Shown here: in pieces, positions 1-9,681 of the stretch
How positions within the stretch are numbered: the first letter of the stretch is position 1
Layout: the number at the start of each line of letters is the position of its first letter
Origin: Trichodesmium erythraeum IMS101
GTDB lineage: Bacteria; Cyanobacteriota; Cyanobacteriia; Cyanobacteriales; Microcoleaceae
Reading direction: 5' to 3'
NCBI RefSeq assembly: GCF_000014265.1
Contig: NC_008312.1
Span: forward strand, 6,750,001-6,782,000
Length of the DNA stretch: 32,000 nt
Translations under genes and position numbers: made by a program
The notes under the pieces: model-generated
What the model was told of the DNA's origin: nothing
The model's input: the letters and a program-made list of their open reading frames with translations, nothing else
The model's database searches: none

Positions 1-278
1 TGATAATTTACTCCTTCTAAACTTCCACTAGATAATAGTTTTACTTTTGCTTGTACTTCTGGCACCATAATTTCTAGGCTTTTAGTACGGTTGCATAATT
101 CCATTTCACCCACTAAAAGATACCTTTCTGGTTCTGCAACTGCTAAATTCCAATCTTGAGAGGTTAATTCTAAGGCATTCCCTGGACGATTACGATATTG
201 TAATTCTATTGCTAACCAGATTAAAGTTATAAGTATAGCTAAAACAATAATTCCTGTTGTTAAAATATTTGTAATCAC
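1..278 (-). CDS. hypothetical membrane-anchored protein, N-terminal part (runs off window)
   Basis: The reverse-strand frame is open from the window edge to GTG at 278-276. It is preceded by an in-frame TAG (281-279) and a GGAG Shine-Dalgarno 5 nt upstream. Translation is VITNILTTGIIVLAILITLIWLAIELQYRNRPGNALELTSQDWNLAVAEPERYLLVGEMELCNRTKSLEIMVPEVQAKVKLLSSGSLEGVNY, one N-terminal TM helix followed by a soluble part. It is absent from the ORF track because it is edge-truncated with a GTG start. No family recognised. Confidence 0.45.
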   Translation of the reverse strand, partial: MITNILTTGIIVLAILITLIWLAIELQYRNRPGNALELTSQDWNLAVAEPERYLLVGEMELCNRTKSLEIMVPEVQAKVKLLSSGSLEGVNY

Positions 279-924
279 CTAATCTCCTACATTCATATAA
301 TTTTATCTAAGTTTACTTCATATAATTAATTCCTTTATTTTATTTGAAAATCCTGCTTATTTTACATAAGTCTAGTTGATTTAAGCGACTATCAGAATAT
401 GTTCATTATTGACATATACTATAAAATATGACACATAAAAAATGTTGTTGATGTTGATGGAAAAAGTAAAACTAAATTTAAGGCCAAAAAAATCATCAGC
501 CTAGTTTTTTCCTCTCACTGAAAAAGAAAGCAAAATCTAAAAATATCAACAACAAAAATATCTAAGGCTATTCTGGTTATTTTTTTGTAAAGTTTTGTAA
601 ACTACATAAATACCCTGTTGTGGAATTGATTAAAAGAAAAAATTAGTCCCACTATGAAAAAATGGTTCTAAATTTCTACTGCTGATGCTAAGGATGTAGA
701 TTTAAACTATTTTCCCGAAAGTATAAACTTAGTAACTTTTGACAACAAAACAAAGCCAATAGTTTTTTTTGCTGAGAGTGAAAAAAAAATCAACTTCAGT
801 ATCGCAATAAGAGTGAGTGGTTTTTAGGAGTAGATGAGGATACTCAACCAGCTCCAGGGGTAGTACCTAGTTTGGTTAAAAAGGCTGAGGCTGAAGGATA
901 AGATGTGATTTCGCTGTCGCCACG

Positions 925-1233
925 GTTTATCCTGAAATATCCAGGATAACTTTGGCTACAACTTGCTTTATTAAAAATGTTAGTTTATAGGTTTGGGCTA
1001 ACGGGTACGGGGATACAAACACCAGGAAGAGTTATGGCTAATGGTCAGTATTTTTTGTGCGACGTTCGGTGTTATCGAAGATGGGGAGTTACATTGGTGC
1101 TCAGGGTTCTTTTTGTGATCATGTGGCTCTGGCTAGAAATATTGCTGCTGAAGGGTTTAAGGTGCTTCGTTTTGATGGAGCGGAGGTTTTGGGAGTGAGA
1201 ATGTATGAGGGGATGGTGAAAATTTTGCAGTAG
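925..1233 (+). pseudogene. decayed DUF559 / Vsr-like endonuclease-domain gene
   Basis: A three-frame patchwork resembles DUF559 proteins. LWLQLALLKMLVYRF...ANGQYFLCD lies in the frame of track ORF 977. GVIEDGELHW lies in a second frame (cf. the conserved IE.DG..H block). ARNIAAEGFKVLRFDGAEVL...KILQ* lies in a third frame (cf. the conserved GY.VLRF.N.EV block) and ends at TAG 1231-1233. Reading through needs at least two frameshifts plus a stop. Confidence 0.4.
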
Positions 1234-2480
1234 TGGGGGCGATCGCTTGACCTAAAGGATGCTTATTCAACCGTTCAAGTTGGGAGCGATCTTTGGTTAT
1301 TTTGGGTAACTCAGGGTTTACCTTTATTAGTGCTATTGGTTTATTTTCTTTTTGGTCTCCCTATTTCTATTTCTGTGTCTGCTAAATTTTTGTTATCTGC
1401 TTTGAATTTATTTTTATTATTAATTAGGTTTGTTTTGTTGTTAGTTATTCCTTCCTCCTATGACTTCAGTCAAGCTCAAGCTAGTTGGTTATTTTTATTA
1501 TCTCTTTTAGCAAGCTCTTTGGCAGTTTTACAGATATTTTTATCTGCTATCAAGACTCCAAAAAATGGCGGGGTAGAGTTTATGGAGAAAATTAGGCTGT
1601 TTGGTAGAGTTATGACTTAGGAGTCAAGGCTCAGGAGTCAGAATGAATAGTCTAAATATTCGTTACATAGTGAGGTTTATTAGTATTTAACTACTGAGAG
1701 TTAGCACATCTATTGTCAATGGGATAAGGGTTATTGCAGTTCAGCATGTCAGCAGGTCAGCACAGATAAATTGCATGGTCACCAGGTAGGGGTAGTAAGA
1801 ATTGTCTCCTGATTTTTCTACCTAGGTATGCCCAAAATTTTACCCATGCATGAGCTTCAGCGACAGATATTTTGGTACTTTTTGAAACTTCTTAATTTGG
1901 CGCATAATTTGTGTGAATGCTTTGAGAGTTAATTAGTAGGGTTTACTTAAGTCTGATGAGTTAGGGTTAAGCTTTTGCTCAAATATAGTAAACTCTTCAG
2001 CATAAATGCCCTAGATCTTCTTGACGCCACAGTATAATATGAAATACGTTAATGTTTGCTACAAAAGATTGATACTTTGGTTTTAGTTGTGAAGTGAGAC
2101 TGAAATGCTAGTTTAATCAGGCTTAGGAGTTCAGTCCCAAGGGTGTGTTAGGGGAGCTAGATCAGGCCGACTTTGCTAGGGTAAAGCAGGAATAGAACTG
2201 ATATAGGCGAGGGTATTCAATGATTTATGTAGATAATTGTAGGTTTCTCAGAACAGAAATGATATTATTAACTAATCAAAATTAAACATGTCTAAAAATA
2301 CTTTTACTATTTGGAAAATGTTTAACAAGTTTAATGGAGGTTTCCAGTACATTCACATAATTATTTATGTAATTAAATCCTACAATGTAATAATTTTAAT
2401 AAATAGGCTGAATAGAAAATTGATTTTTTCAGATGCTATTTAACCTTTTATCAAGATATCTATTAATCTAATTAAAAATC

Positions 2481-3428
2481 ATGTCTACTGTTAGTTTAAT
2501 CCGAGCTAATTCCTATAAAATTCAAGAATTAGAAAAATCCATAGAGAATCTTTTAGAGCCATTAGGGGGAATTAATGCTTTTGTCAAAGCAGGCGATCGC
2601 GTTTTACTTAAACCAAATTTGCTGACAGGTTCTCGCCCCACAAAAGAATGCGTAACTAGAAAAGAAGTAGTTTATTGTGTCGCTAAAATGGTAAAAAAAG
2701 CTGGCGGTAAACCTTTTTTAGGCGATAGTCCAGCTTTTGGTAGTGCTATGGGTGTGGCAAAAGCAAATGGTTACTTATCATTGCTCAAAGAATTTGACTT
2801 ACCAATAGTTGAATTTCACGGGAAACGTTACGACATAGTTAGTGAAGAGTTTAATCATTTACTATTAAGTAAAGAAGCAATGGCAGCAGATGTAATAATT
2901 AATTTGCCTAAGCTGAAATCTCATGTGCAATTAACTATGACAATGGGAGTCAAAAATTTATTTGGTTGTGTACCGGGAAAAATGAAAGCTTGGTGGCATT
3001 TAGAAGCAGGTAAAGATGCTGATCGTTTCGGTAAAATGCTAGTAGAAACAGCAAAAGCAATTAATCCAGATTTGACTATTATTGATAGTATTATCGGTCA
3101 AGAAGGTAATGGTCCTATTGGTGGAGAACCTAGAAAGTTAGGTATTTTGGGAGCATCTATAGATGTATTTGCCCTTGACCGAACATTAGTAGAAATTCTC
3201 AAAGTTAATCCTGCAGAAATTCCCACAGTGGCAGTTGCTGAAGAAATGGGGTTTTGTTCTGATTTAAAAAGGGTTAATTTTCCATTATTACAGCCTATTG
3301 AAGTTGAGGTAGAAAATTGGCAGTTACCCACAACTAAGAAACCTATTGATTTTGGAGTTCCACGCATAATTAGGTCTACTTTTAAACATCTATATGTTAA
3401 GTTTATTCAAGAACCAATGAATATTTAA
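2481..3428 (+). CDS. DUF362 domain-containing protein
   Basis: 315-aa ORF with an ATG start. The N-terminus (IRANSY...LLEPLGG...VKAGDRVLLKPNLL) and overall layout are typical of the DUF362 family. Amino-acid composition is balanced. Confidence 0.88.
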   Translation: MSTVSLIRANSYKIQELEKSIENLLEPLGGINAFVKAGDRVLLKPNLLTGSRPTKECVTRKEVVYCVAKMVKKAGGKPFLGDSPAFGSAMGVAKANGYLSLLKEFDLPIVEFHGKRYDIVSEEFNHLLLSKEAMAADVIINLPKLKSHVQLTMTMGVKNLFGCVPGKMKAWWHLEAGKDADRFGKMLVETAKAINPDLTIIDSIIGQEGNGPIGGEPRKLGILGASIDVFALDRTLVEILKVNPAEIPTVAVAEEMGFCSDLKRVNFPLLQPIEVEVENWQLPTTKKPIDFGVPRIIRSTFKHLYVKFIQEPMNI

Positions 3429-3463
3429 TAAAGTGGTGGTGGTGCTCCCAACTCGGGTAAAAG

Positions 3464-3559
3464 AGATGGGAGGGTGATAGTTTTTTTGTCGGAGCCAGAG
3501 AAAACTCAAGATCAGAGTCCCGTGAGTAAATGCTTCCTATCACCCCTTGAGCTCCATCT
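3464..3559. repeat. long imperfect hairpin immediately downstream of the DUF362 gene
   Basis: Left arm AGATGGGAGGGTGATAG (3464-3480) pairs with right arm CTATCACCCCTTGAGCTCCATCT (3537-3559). This gives helices AGATGG/CCATCT and GGGTGATAG/CTATCACCC with an internal bulge. The patch is locally G+C-rich within AT-rich spacer. Confidence 0.3.
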
Positions 3560-3936
3560 TCTAGTCACTTCATGCCCATTTTACTCAAAAACTATTACCC
3601 AAAAATAATTATCAATCAAGTTTATTAATATAGTCATTTTACCTAACTTTTCTGTACAGGTATATAGTTAATCTTATCTTAAAAAAAAGACTAAATTATA
3701 TTATGTTTGGTAGCATTGTTTCTGTATAAAATTCAGTCACGATCAAAATAAATCCTTTTACTTTTTATCTTCTGTCTTCCTGTTACAAAAGTATAATTAT
3801 TCCGAAAAAAATAATGCCATACTAAAACCATATCGGGAAGACAGGTTACCAATAAAATGTATTAAAGTTTATGATATGGTTGTAATTCTCATCTAGAAAG
3901 TATAATAATTTTTTTGATACATAATAATGGAAAATT

Positions 3937-6696
3937 ATGAAAATAAGAAATTACATAATCATTGCAATTAGTGTCATTCTTTTAGTTGTTTTTTCCCTTT
4001 CTCGAACTTTAGTTCACTTATTAACTGAAGCATGGTGGTTTAATACGGTTGATTTTGCTAATATTTTTTGGACTAGATTAAATTGGCAAATATTTCTGTG
4101 GGTAGGTGCATTTGTTATTTACTTTTTGTTTCTATGGAGTAATTATTGGATAGCTGAAAAATTGACAAGCGATCGCTCCTTTAATATTTTATTAGGAACT
4201 GAATTAGCTCCCTACAGAAATATTTTTGTGAAAATAATTTTCCTTGTCAACATTACTTTGATATCTTTAAGCGCAGCCACAGCTACATCTCCAGCTTGGG
4301 AAACTTTTTTGAAATTTTTAAATGCTGTAGATTTTCCAAATCAAGATCCAATTTATCAACGAAACATAGGTTTTTACATATTTAGATTACCCTTATATGA
4401 AGGAATAAAAGAGTGGCTATTTACTCTGGTTTTCGCTGGTTTAATTATTAGTATCATAGTATATGCTTTGAAGGGTAAATTTACCGCTGGGCGACAATGG
4501 CAAAATTTTTTAACAGGTTCAATTAAAACTCATATTAGTCTCCTACTGGCAGGGGTGACAATTTTAATTGCAGTAGGATTTTGGTTTGAACGTTATGAAT
4601 TACTTTTTGACTCTAATGGAGTAGTTTTTGGGGCTGGATACACAGACGTTCATGCTAAACTTTTTGCCTATTGGGCCATGGCAATAGTGGCATTATTATT
4701 AGCAGTAGTTTGTGTACTTTCTGTTTGGAAAAATAACATTATTTGGCCAACTTATGGAATAGTTATTTATATAGTTTTATTGGGATTATTTAATGTTTTA
4801 TATCCATGGTTTCAACAGAAATTTATAGTTAATCCTAATGAACTACAAAAGGAAAAACCATACATAGCAAATAATATTAAATTTACCCGTGAAGCCTATG
4901 GTTTAGATAATGTAGAAACTAAAAGTTTTCCAGCTAAATTTGAGTTAGATAGTCAAACATTAAAAAATAATCAAGGCACAGTTCGCAATATTACGCTTTG
5001 GGATTATAGACCACTTCTCAGCACCTATCGTCAACTTCAAGAAATGCGGCTTTACTATCAATTTAATGATGTAGATATTGACCGTTACACTATTGATGGT
5101 AACTATAGACAAGTAATGCTTTCTCCAAGGGAAATGGTTTATTCTCAAGTTCCTAGAAAAGCACAAACTTGGGTAAATAAACATTTAAAATATACTCATG
5201 GTTATGGGTTAGTAATGAATCCTGTAAATGAAGTAAAGGCAGATGGTTTACCGGTTTTATTTATTAAAGATATTCCACCAGTTTCTCAGGTAAATCTTCA
5301 GGTAAAAGAACCTGCTATTTACTATGGAGAAAAAACTGATACTCATATTTTTACGGGTATGAGTACTGAAGAATTTGATTATCCTCGGAGTGGTGAAAAT
5401 GCTTTTACTTTTTATAGTGGTACGGGGGGAGTTCCAGTAAATTCTTTATGGCGAAAACTTGCCTATGCTTATGACTTAAGCAGCATTAATATTTTAATTT
5501 CTGGCTACTTTACTGACAATTCAAAAATTCACTACTATCGAAATATAAAAGAAAGAGTAAACCAAGTTGCACCCTTTTTAAGATTTGATAATGACCCTTA
5601 TATTGCTTTAATTGATGGAAAAATTCAATGGATATTAGATGCTTATACAGTGAGCGATCGCTATCCCTATTCGGAACCACTTTATCTGAGTAATAATGCC
5701 CGGGCAATATTAAATAGAGGTAACATTGAGCGAATAGCTAGGGGAAATGTTAATTATATTCGGAATTCTGTGAAAGTTATGGTTGATGCCTACAACGGTA
5801 CGATGAAGTTCTTTGTAGTAGATGAAAATGACCCAGTACTAAATACTTACCGCAAAATTTTCCCCCAGTTATTTACAGAAAAATCGGCAATTCCAACTAA
5901 TGTTAAAGCCCATTTTCGCTACCCCTTAGACTTATTTAAAATTAAAGCTCAAATGTATTTATCATATCACATGAGCAACCCTCAATTATTTTATAATCAA
6001 GAGGACTTATGGAGGTTTCCTACAGAAGTTTATGAAGATAATAAACAATTAATGGAACCATACTATTTAATTATGCGTTTACCAGAAAAAAAGGGTGAAG
6101 AATTTGTTTTAATTTTGCCATTTACTCCAGTTAATAAAGATAATATGATTGCCTGGATGGCAGCAGAATCAGATGGAGATAATTATGGTAAATTATTGCT
6201 ATATGAATTTCCTAAACAAAAGTTAGTTTATGGTCCCAGTCAAATTGAAGCTCGCATCGACCAAAACCCAAAAATATCCCAACAATTAACGTTATGGAGC
6301 CAAAAAGGTTCTAAGGTAATTCGAGGAGATTTATTAGTAATTCCTATAGAGGAATCATTAATGTATATAGAACCAATTTACTTAAGGGCTGAACAGGGAG
6401 AATTACCAGAATTAAAGAGGGTAATAGTTGCTTATGATAAAGAGGTTGTAATGACAGAAACTCTCAGTAAATCTTTAGAAACAATTTTTGGTATGGAAGT
6501 TAAACAACCAGAAGTTAAAGTTACAGAGAAAACCCCAGAAACAAAAAATATTTCTGAGTTGATTAATTCAATAGTAGAAGCTTATAGTCAAACTGAAGCA
6601 GCAAGACGAAAAGATAATTGGGTAGAATATGGTAAGTCTAAACAAAAGTTTGAACAGCTACTTCAACAGTTAAAAAAGCAAACAGAAAGTAATTAG
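3937..6696 (+). CDS. UPF0182 family membrane protein
   Basis: 919-aa ORF. The N-terminal third has about 7 hydrophobic helices and is followed by a large soluble domain with blocks such as KYTHGYGLVMNPV, QWILDAYTVSDRYPYS and DLLVIPIEESLMYIEPIYL. Size and architecture fit UPF0182 (COG1615). Confidence 0.92.
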   Translation: MKIRNYIIIAISVILLVVFSLSRTLVHLLTEAWWFNTVDFANIFWTRLNWQIFLWVGAFVIYFLFLWSNYWIAEKLTSDRSFNILLGTELAPYRNIFVKIIFLVNITLISLSAATATSPAWETFLKFLNAVDFPNQDPIYQRNIGFYIFRLPLYEGIKEWLFTLVFAGLIISIIVYALKGKFTAGRQWQNFLTGSIKTHISLLLAGVTILIAVGFWFERYELLFDSNGVVFGAGYTDVHAKLFAYWAMAIVALLLAVVCVLSVWKNNIIWPTYGIVIYIVLLGLFNVLYPWFQQKFIVNPNELQKEKPYIANNIKFTREAYGLDNVETKSFPAKFELDSQTLKNNQGTVRNITLWDYRPLLSTYRQLQEMRLYYQFNDVDIDRYTIDGNYRQVMLSPREMVYSQVPRKAQTWVNKHLKYTHGYGLVMNPVNEVKADGLPVLFIKDIPPVSQVNLQVKEPAIYYGEKTDTHIFTGMSTEEFDYPRSGENAFTFYSGTGGVPVNSLWRKLAYAYDLSSINILISGYFTDNSKIHYYRNIKERVNQVAPFLRFDNDPYIALIDGKIQWILDAYTVSDRYPYSEPLYLSNNARAILNRGNIERIARGNVNYIRNSVKVMVDAYNGTMKFFVVDENDPVLNTYRKIFPQLFTEKSAIPTNVKAHFRYPLDLFKIKAQMYLSYHMSNPQLFYNQEDLWRFPTEVYEDNKQLMEPYYLIMRLPEKKGEEFVLILPFTPVNKDNMIAWMAAESDGDNYGKLLLYEFPKQKLVYGPSQIEARIDQNPKISQQLTLWSQKGSKVIRGDLLVIPIEESLMYIEPIYLRAEQGELPELKRVIVAYDKEVVMTETLSKSLETIFGMEVKQPEVKVTEKTPETKNISELINSIVEAYSQTEAARRKDNWVEYGKSKQKFEQLLQQLKKQTESN

Positions 6697-6738
6697 GGTT
6701 TACTACTCTTTGTCTTTTTTTAGGAGTAGGAGAATAAG

Positions 6739-6770
6739 TAGGGATATTTTGATTAAAATCCCTATTTTTT
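6739..6770 (+). terminator. rho-independent terminator after UPF0182 gene
   Basis: Stem TAGGGAT (6739-6745) pairs with ATCCCTA (6758-6764) around a 12-nt loop. It is followed directly by TTTTTT (6765-6770), 43 nt after the stop codon. Confidence 0.6.
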
Positions 6771-7081
6771 ATTTCCTATTCTCTGAAAAAATAGGAGATT
6801 TTTTTTGTCTAATTTTTAGAAATATTACTTCTACAATTAGGAGAATATCTGCTCAAAGGAAAGACTGTTTCAGACTATAAAAATTAGATATTAGCAGCAG
6901 CTAAAAATGGTGTATCTATTTTGGAATAACTATGATAGTAATGGTTAATGTTTCCTATTTTTTTCAAAAAATTAGGTTATCCATAGGTATATTATATTCT
7001 GTGATTATATGACTAATATCAGGAGTTAGTACTTCCCAACTTTTACACTGATTTTCTGATATTTTTGATGATGATTTAATA

Positions 7082-7110
7082 TTGACTTTTGTTGGAGATG
7101 TAGATATAAT
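7082..7110 (+). promoter_or_regulatory. near-consensus sigma70-type promoter
   Basis: TTGACT (7082-7087), an exact 17-nt spacer, then TATAAT (7105-7110). It lies about 310 nt upstream of the next + strand start at 7422. Confidence 0.3.
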
Positions 7111-7421
7111 TTTTAATTGCTGTTTGACTCCAAACTATTTTTATGATAAGCATTCATCCATTATTTATTAGCTATTGCTTTTGGTTTTAGATAACAGTTT
7201 GTTTAAACCCTTTTCTCATCCCTAAGATATCAAACCTAATTACTGAATGCTGAGTTTATAATTAATTATAGCAATTTTCATATTAGTTGGGTACAAAATT
7301 ATAGGTTTTAAGGAACACAATTACTGGTAAAATAGCAGTAACCTGATATCATTACTGAGTTATTTTATAAACAAAATAATGATAAATTAAAAATTAAAAC
7401 TGATAAATTAAAACTGATATT

Positions 7422-8327
7422 ATGTTATTTGTCTTAGCTTCTATAACCTCAAACATAGTAGGTAGTATTTTTCTGTTGACTGGTATTGCTAAAGTTATAG
7501 AACCTTGGAAATTTGCCCAACATATTACTAAACTTAATTTAGTAAATCCTAAGTTAATAATACCTGTTGCTTTAACATTTACTGCTATTGAATCAGCTTT
7601 AGGAGTGGCTTTAATCTTAGGAGTTTTTCTGAACCTAATAATACTTGTAAGTATTTTATTATTATTTGGTTTATCAATACTCACTTACTGGAGTACATCA
7701 ACTGGTAAAACAACAGACTGTGGCTGTTATAATGGTTTGTTTGAAATTACTCCTACCCAAAGTTTAATTCTGAATGCTATTTATATTTTTCTGTTAATAT
7801 TCGCTGAATTTTTTGGTAAATATCAACCTACTATTTTCTGGCAATGGCTAGTGGTATTAATAACTTTGATAACTAGCTATGCTTTGGCTGCTGGTTCCCT
7901 AGAATACATACAAGAAAATGGTCGTCCTTATATTGATTTTACTCCATTACAAGAAAACCGGATGTGGCAAATAGAATGGCTAGGAGAGGATTCAAAATCT
8001 TTAATGTCTGGGTCTGTAATTGTGGTTTTTATGAGTCCTGAATGTTCTCAATGTAAACATTGGTTAAGTCTTTTGAAATTGGCACAATTGCAAGATAATT
8101 TACCAGCAATAGTGGGATTAATAGATACTGAAAATCTTCAAATAGGACAAAATTTTGTAGATAGATATTTTTTGAATTTTCCTGTTGTTGCAGTGGATAA
8201 AAGGTTGTATAAAAAATTGAAGATAGAGGTAGTACCTACTGCGGTTCTTTTGAAAGATGGTGTTATTCAACAGAGATGGATAGGGTTAATGCCGATGTGG
8301 TTTATTAATAAGATTAATCAAGGGTAA
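7422..8327 (+). CDS. MauE/DoxX family redox-associated membrane protein fused to a thioredoxin-like domain
   Basis: The N-terminal 160 aa are polytopic, with a MauE-like start (GSIFLLTGIAKVIEPWKFAQHI) and a CGCYNG motif. The C-terminal domain has the thioredoxin-fold signature VIVVFMSPECSQCKHW (CxxC) and a VVPTAVLL block (cis-Pro region). Confidence 0.85.
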   Translation: MLFVLASITSNIVGSIFLLTGIAKVIEPWKFAQHITKLNLVNPKLIIPVALTFTAIESALGVALILGVFLNLIILVSILLLFGLSILTYWSTSTGKTTDCGCYNGLFEITPTQSLILNAIYIFLLIFAEFFGKYQPTIFWQWLVVLITLITSYALAAGSLEYIQENGRPYIDFTPLQENRMWQIEWLGEDSKSLMSGSVIVVFMSPECSQCKHWLSLLKLAQLQDNLPAIVGLIDTENLQIGQNFVDRYFLNFPVVAVDKRLYKKLKIEVVPTAVLLKDGVIQQRWIGLMPMWFINKINQG

Positions 8328-8619
8328 ATAATTACAAAATTAGCTTAAAGTTAACTCATACCGTTTCACAGAAGTCATACATTAATAGCACTTTTGAAAT
8401 TGATGAAGTACATCATGATAACCAAAACCTTATATATTCTTACTAATTCTTAAAAACTTTTCTTTCCCTATATTGAGGATGAGAAGTTCTTCCAGGATCT
8501 CAGTAGGAGGAGTGACAACACTATCCTCCTGCTGAAAGCCACAGAGACTCCTGTCAACATTCTCCAAAGTGTAAGCATTCAGACGGAAAGTTTACAGCTG
8601 AGAAATCAAAACTATAGAC

Positions 8620-9363
8620 TTATTTACCTGAATATTTATCCACAGACAGCAATAAACCATGCCCATCATCCTCTTCTACATACCATAACAACTTAAGAGT
8701 AGTCAGGTCGAAATGTGCTGCTAACTTTGACATTACCTCTAAATATAGCGGGAAGCGTTCATTAAACACCCTATAAAAAAAGACAAACTCCCCCCCAGGT
8801 ACTAATACTCGCCCTACCTGCTCGATCGCCCGAAACACTAGATCGTCATTTCTTAATATTCCCATTTCATAGGAGTCTGCATTAATAGGGCGATCAATAG
8901 AACGACTAGGAAAAGGCATAAATGCTAGATCGTAAGATTTGTCTGCTTCTCCCACACACAAATTTTGTACTTTGACCTCATCTTGTTCTCGAATTAGGGG
9001 ATTATTTTTGAGAGGCATAATATTCGGATGAAGATCCGAAAAAACTACTTTATTGCTGTCTTTAAATAGGCAACACAAACCAAGAACTCCAGAACCGCAT
9101 CCAAGATCGAGTACCTTTTTTCCCTTAACATTAATTATTTGATTCAAAATACCGCTCATAAAAGCTTGAGCAGCTATACCGCCATAAGGGTTAAAAACTC
9201 CTTGAGGAACTAAAACATTAAAAATTGGTTTATCTTGAAATAAGATCGTAATTTCTCGGTCTTTTGATGAAAGTTCTTCGTGAAATTTTAGATAATCTTT
9301 TCGGTCGTATTTGAGTACTTCTTCCTCTTGAAGAATAATTTTAACGTCTTCTTGTCGAATCAT
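8620..9363 (-). CDS. class I SAM-dependent methyltransferase (MTS / small-domain type, atypical motif IV)
   Basis: 247-aa ORF with an ATG start. SAM motif I is KVLDLGCGSGVLGL and the acidic motif II is VVFSDL. The position where PrmC/RsmC-type enzymes carry NPP[FY] reads YDLAFMPFPS. Confidence 0.85.
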   Translation of the reverse strand: MIRQEDVKIILQEEEVLKYDRKDYLKFHEELSSKDREITILFQDKPIFNVLVPQGVFNPYGGIAAQAFMSGILNQIINVKGKKVLDLGCGSGVLGLCCLFKDSNKVVFSDLHPNIMPLKNNPLIREQDEVKVQNLCVGEADKSYDLAFMPFPSRSIDRPINADSYEMGILRNDDLVFRAIEQVGRVLVPGGEFVFFYRVFNERFPLYLEVMSKLAAHFDLTTLKLLWYVEEDDGHGLLLSVDKYSGK

Positions 9364-9681
9364 TTTAAGTTCTTTTACCGGATTAAATTATTAAATTAGA
9401 ATATACAGCATATTTCAGACTAACATACTACAAATGACAGGATAAATATCTTGGGATTTCTTCCTATTTTATGGCTCATTCTTTTAATCTGTAAAGACAT
9501 TGCATTTAACCTAACTACATATTTTATAAAATAGTTAATAGATCGCAACTTACCCATAGATTGTAATATTTTATCGCTAGGGTTTTATCTCCAACCCCTA
9601 CAGTTTTCTTTTATAAATTATGAGAATTAGTATATCTAGCTCATAACTTGACAAACTGCTCTATACATTGATATAGCTCGA

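Noticed and set aside
977-1198. Track ORF of 73 aa on the + strand
   Set aside because: It is one frame of the frameshifted DUF559 relic. The conserved blocks continue in the other two frames, so it is not an intact gene.
1239-1246. GCGATCGC palindromes scattered through the window. This is one example; I saw about ten more, for instance near 2594, 4170, 5654, 10325, 11877, 16085, 21904, 24236, 25985 and 28436.
   Set aside because: This is the well-known cyanobacterial HIP1 repeat. It is useful as a taxonomic marker but is not novel.
1330-1620. Track ORF of 96 aa (GTG start), L/F/S-rich and hydrophobic
   Set aside because: Its composition is what a T-rich strand yields by chance. It has no ATG, no SD and no recognisable family. 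It could be a small membrane protein, but I cannot support it.
1953-1960. CUGAUGAG hammerhead-ribozyme core motif
   Set aside because: The putative stem II (GAG...CUC) is followed by AAA rather than the required GAAA core. No cleavage-site helix could be built.
3098-3367. Antisense ORF inside the DUF362 gene. The same class covers 4960-5184, 5510-5707, 7394-7684, 13562-13783, 13626-13844, 18449-18646, 20110-20292, 20299-20547 and 24294-24476.
   Set aside because: All are fully embedded antisense or out of frame within long, family-assignable CDSs. They have biased, low-complexity translations and are shadow ORFs.
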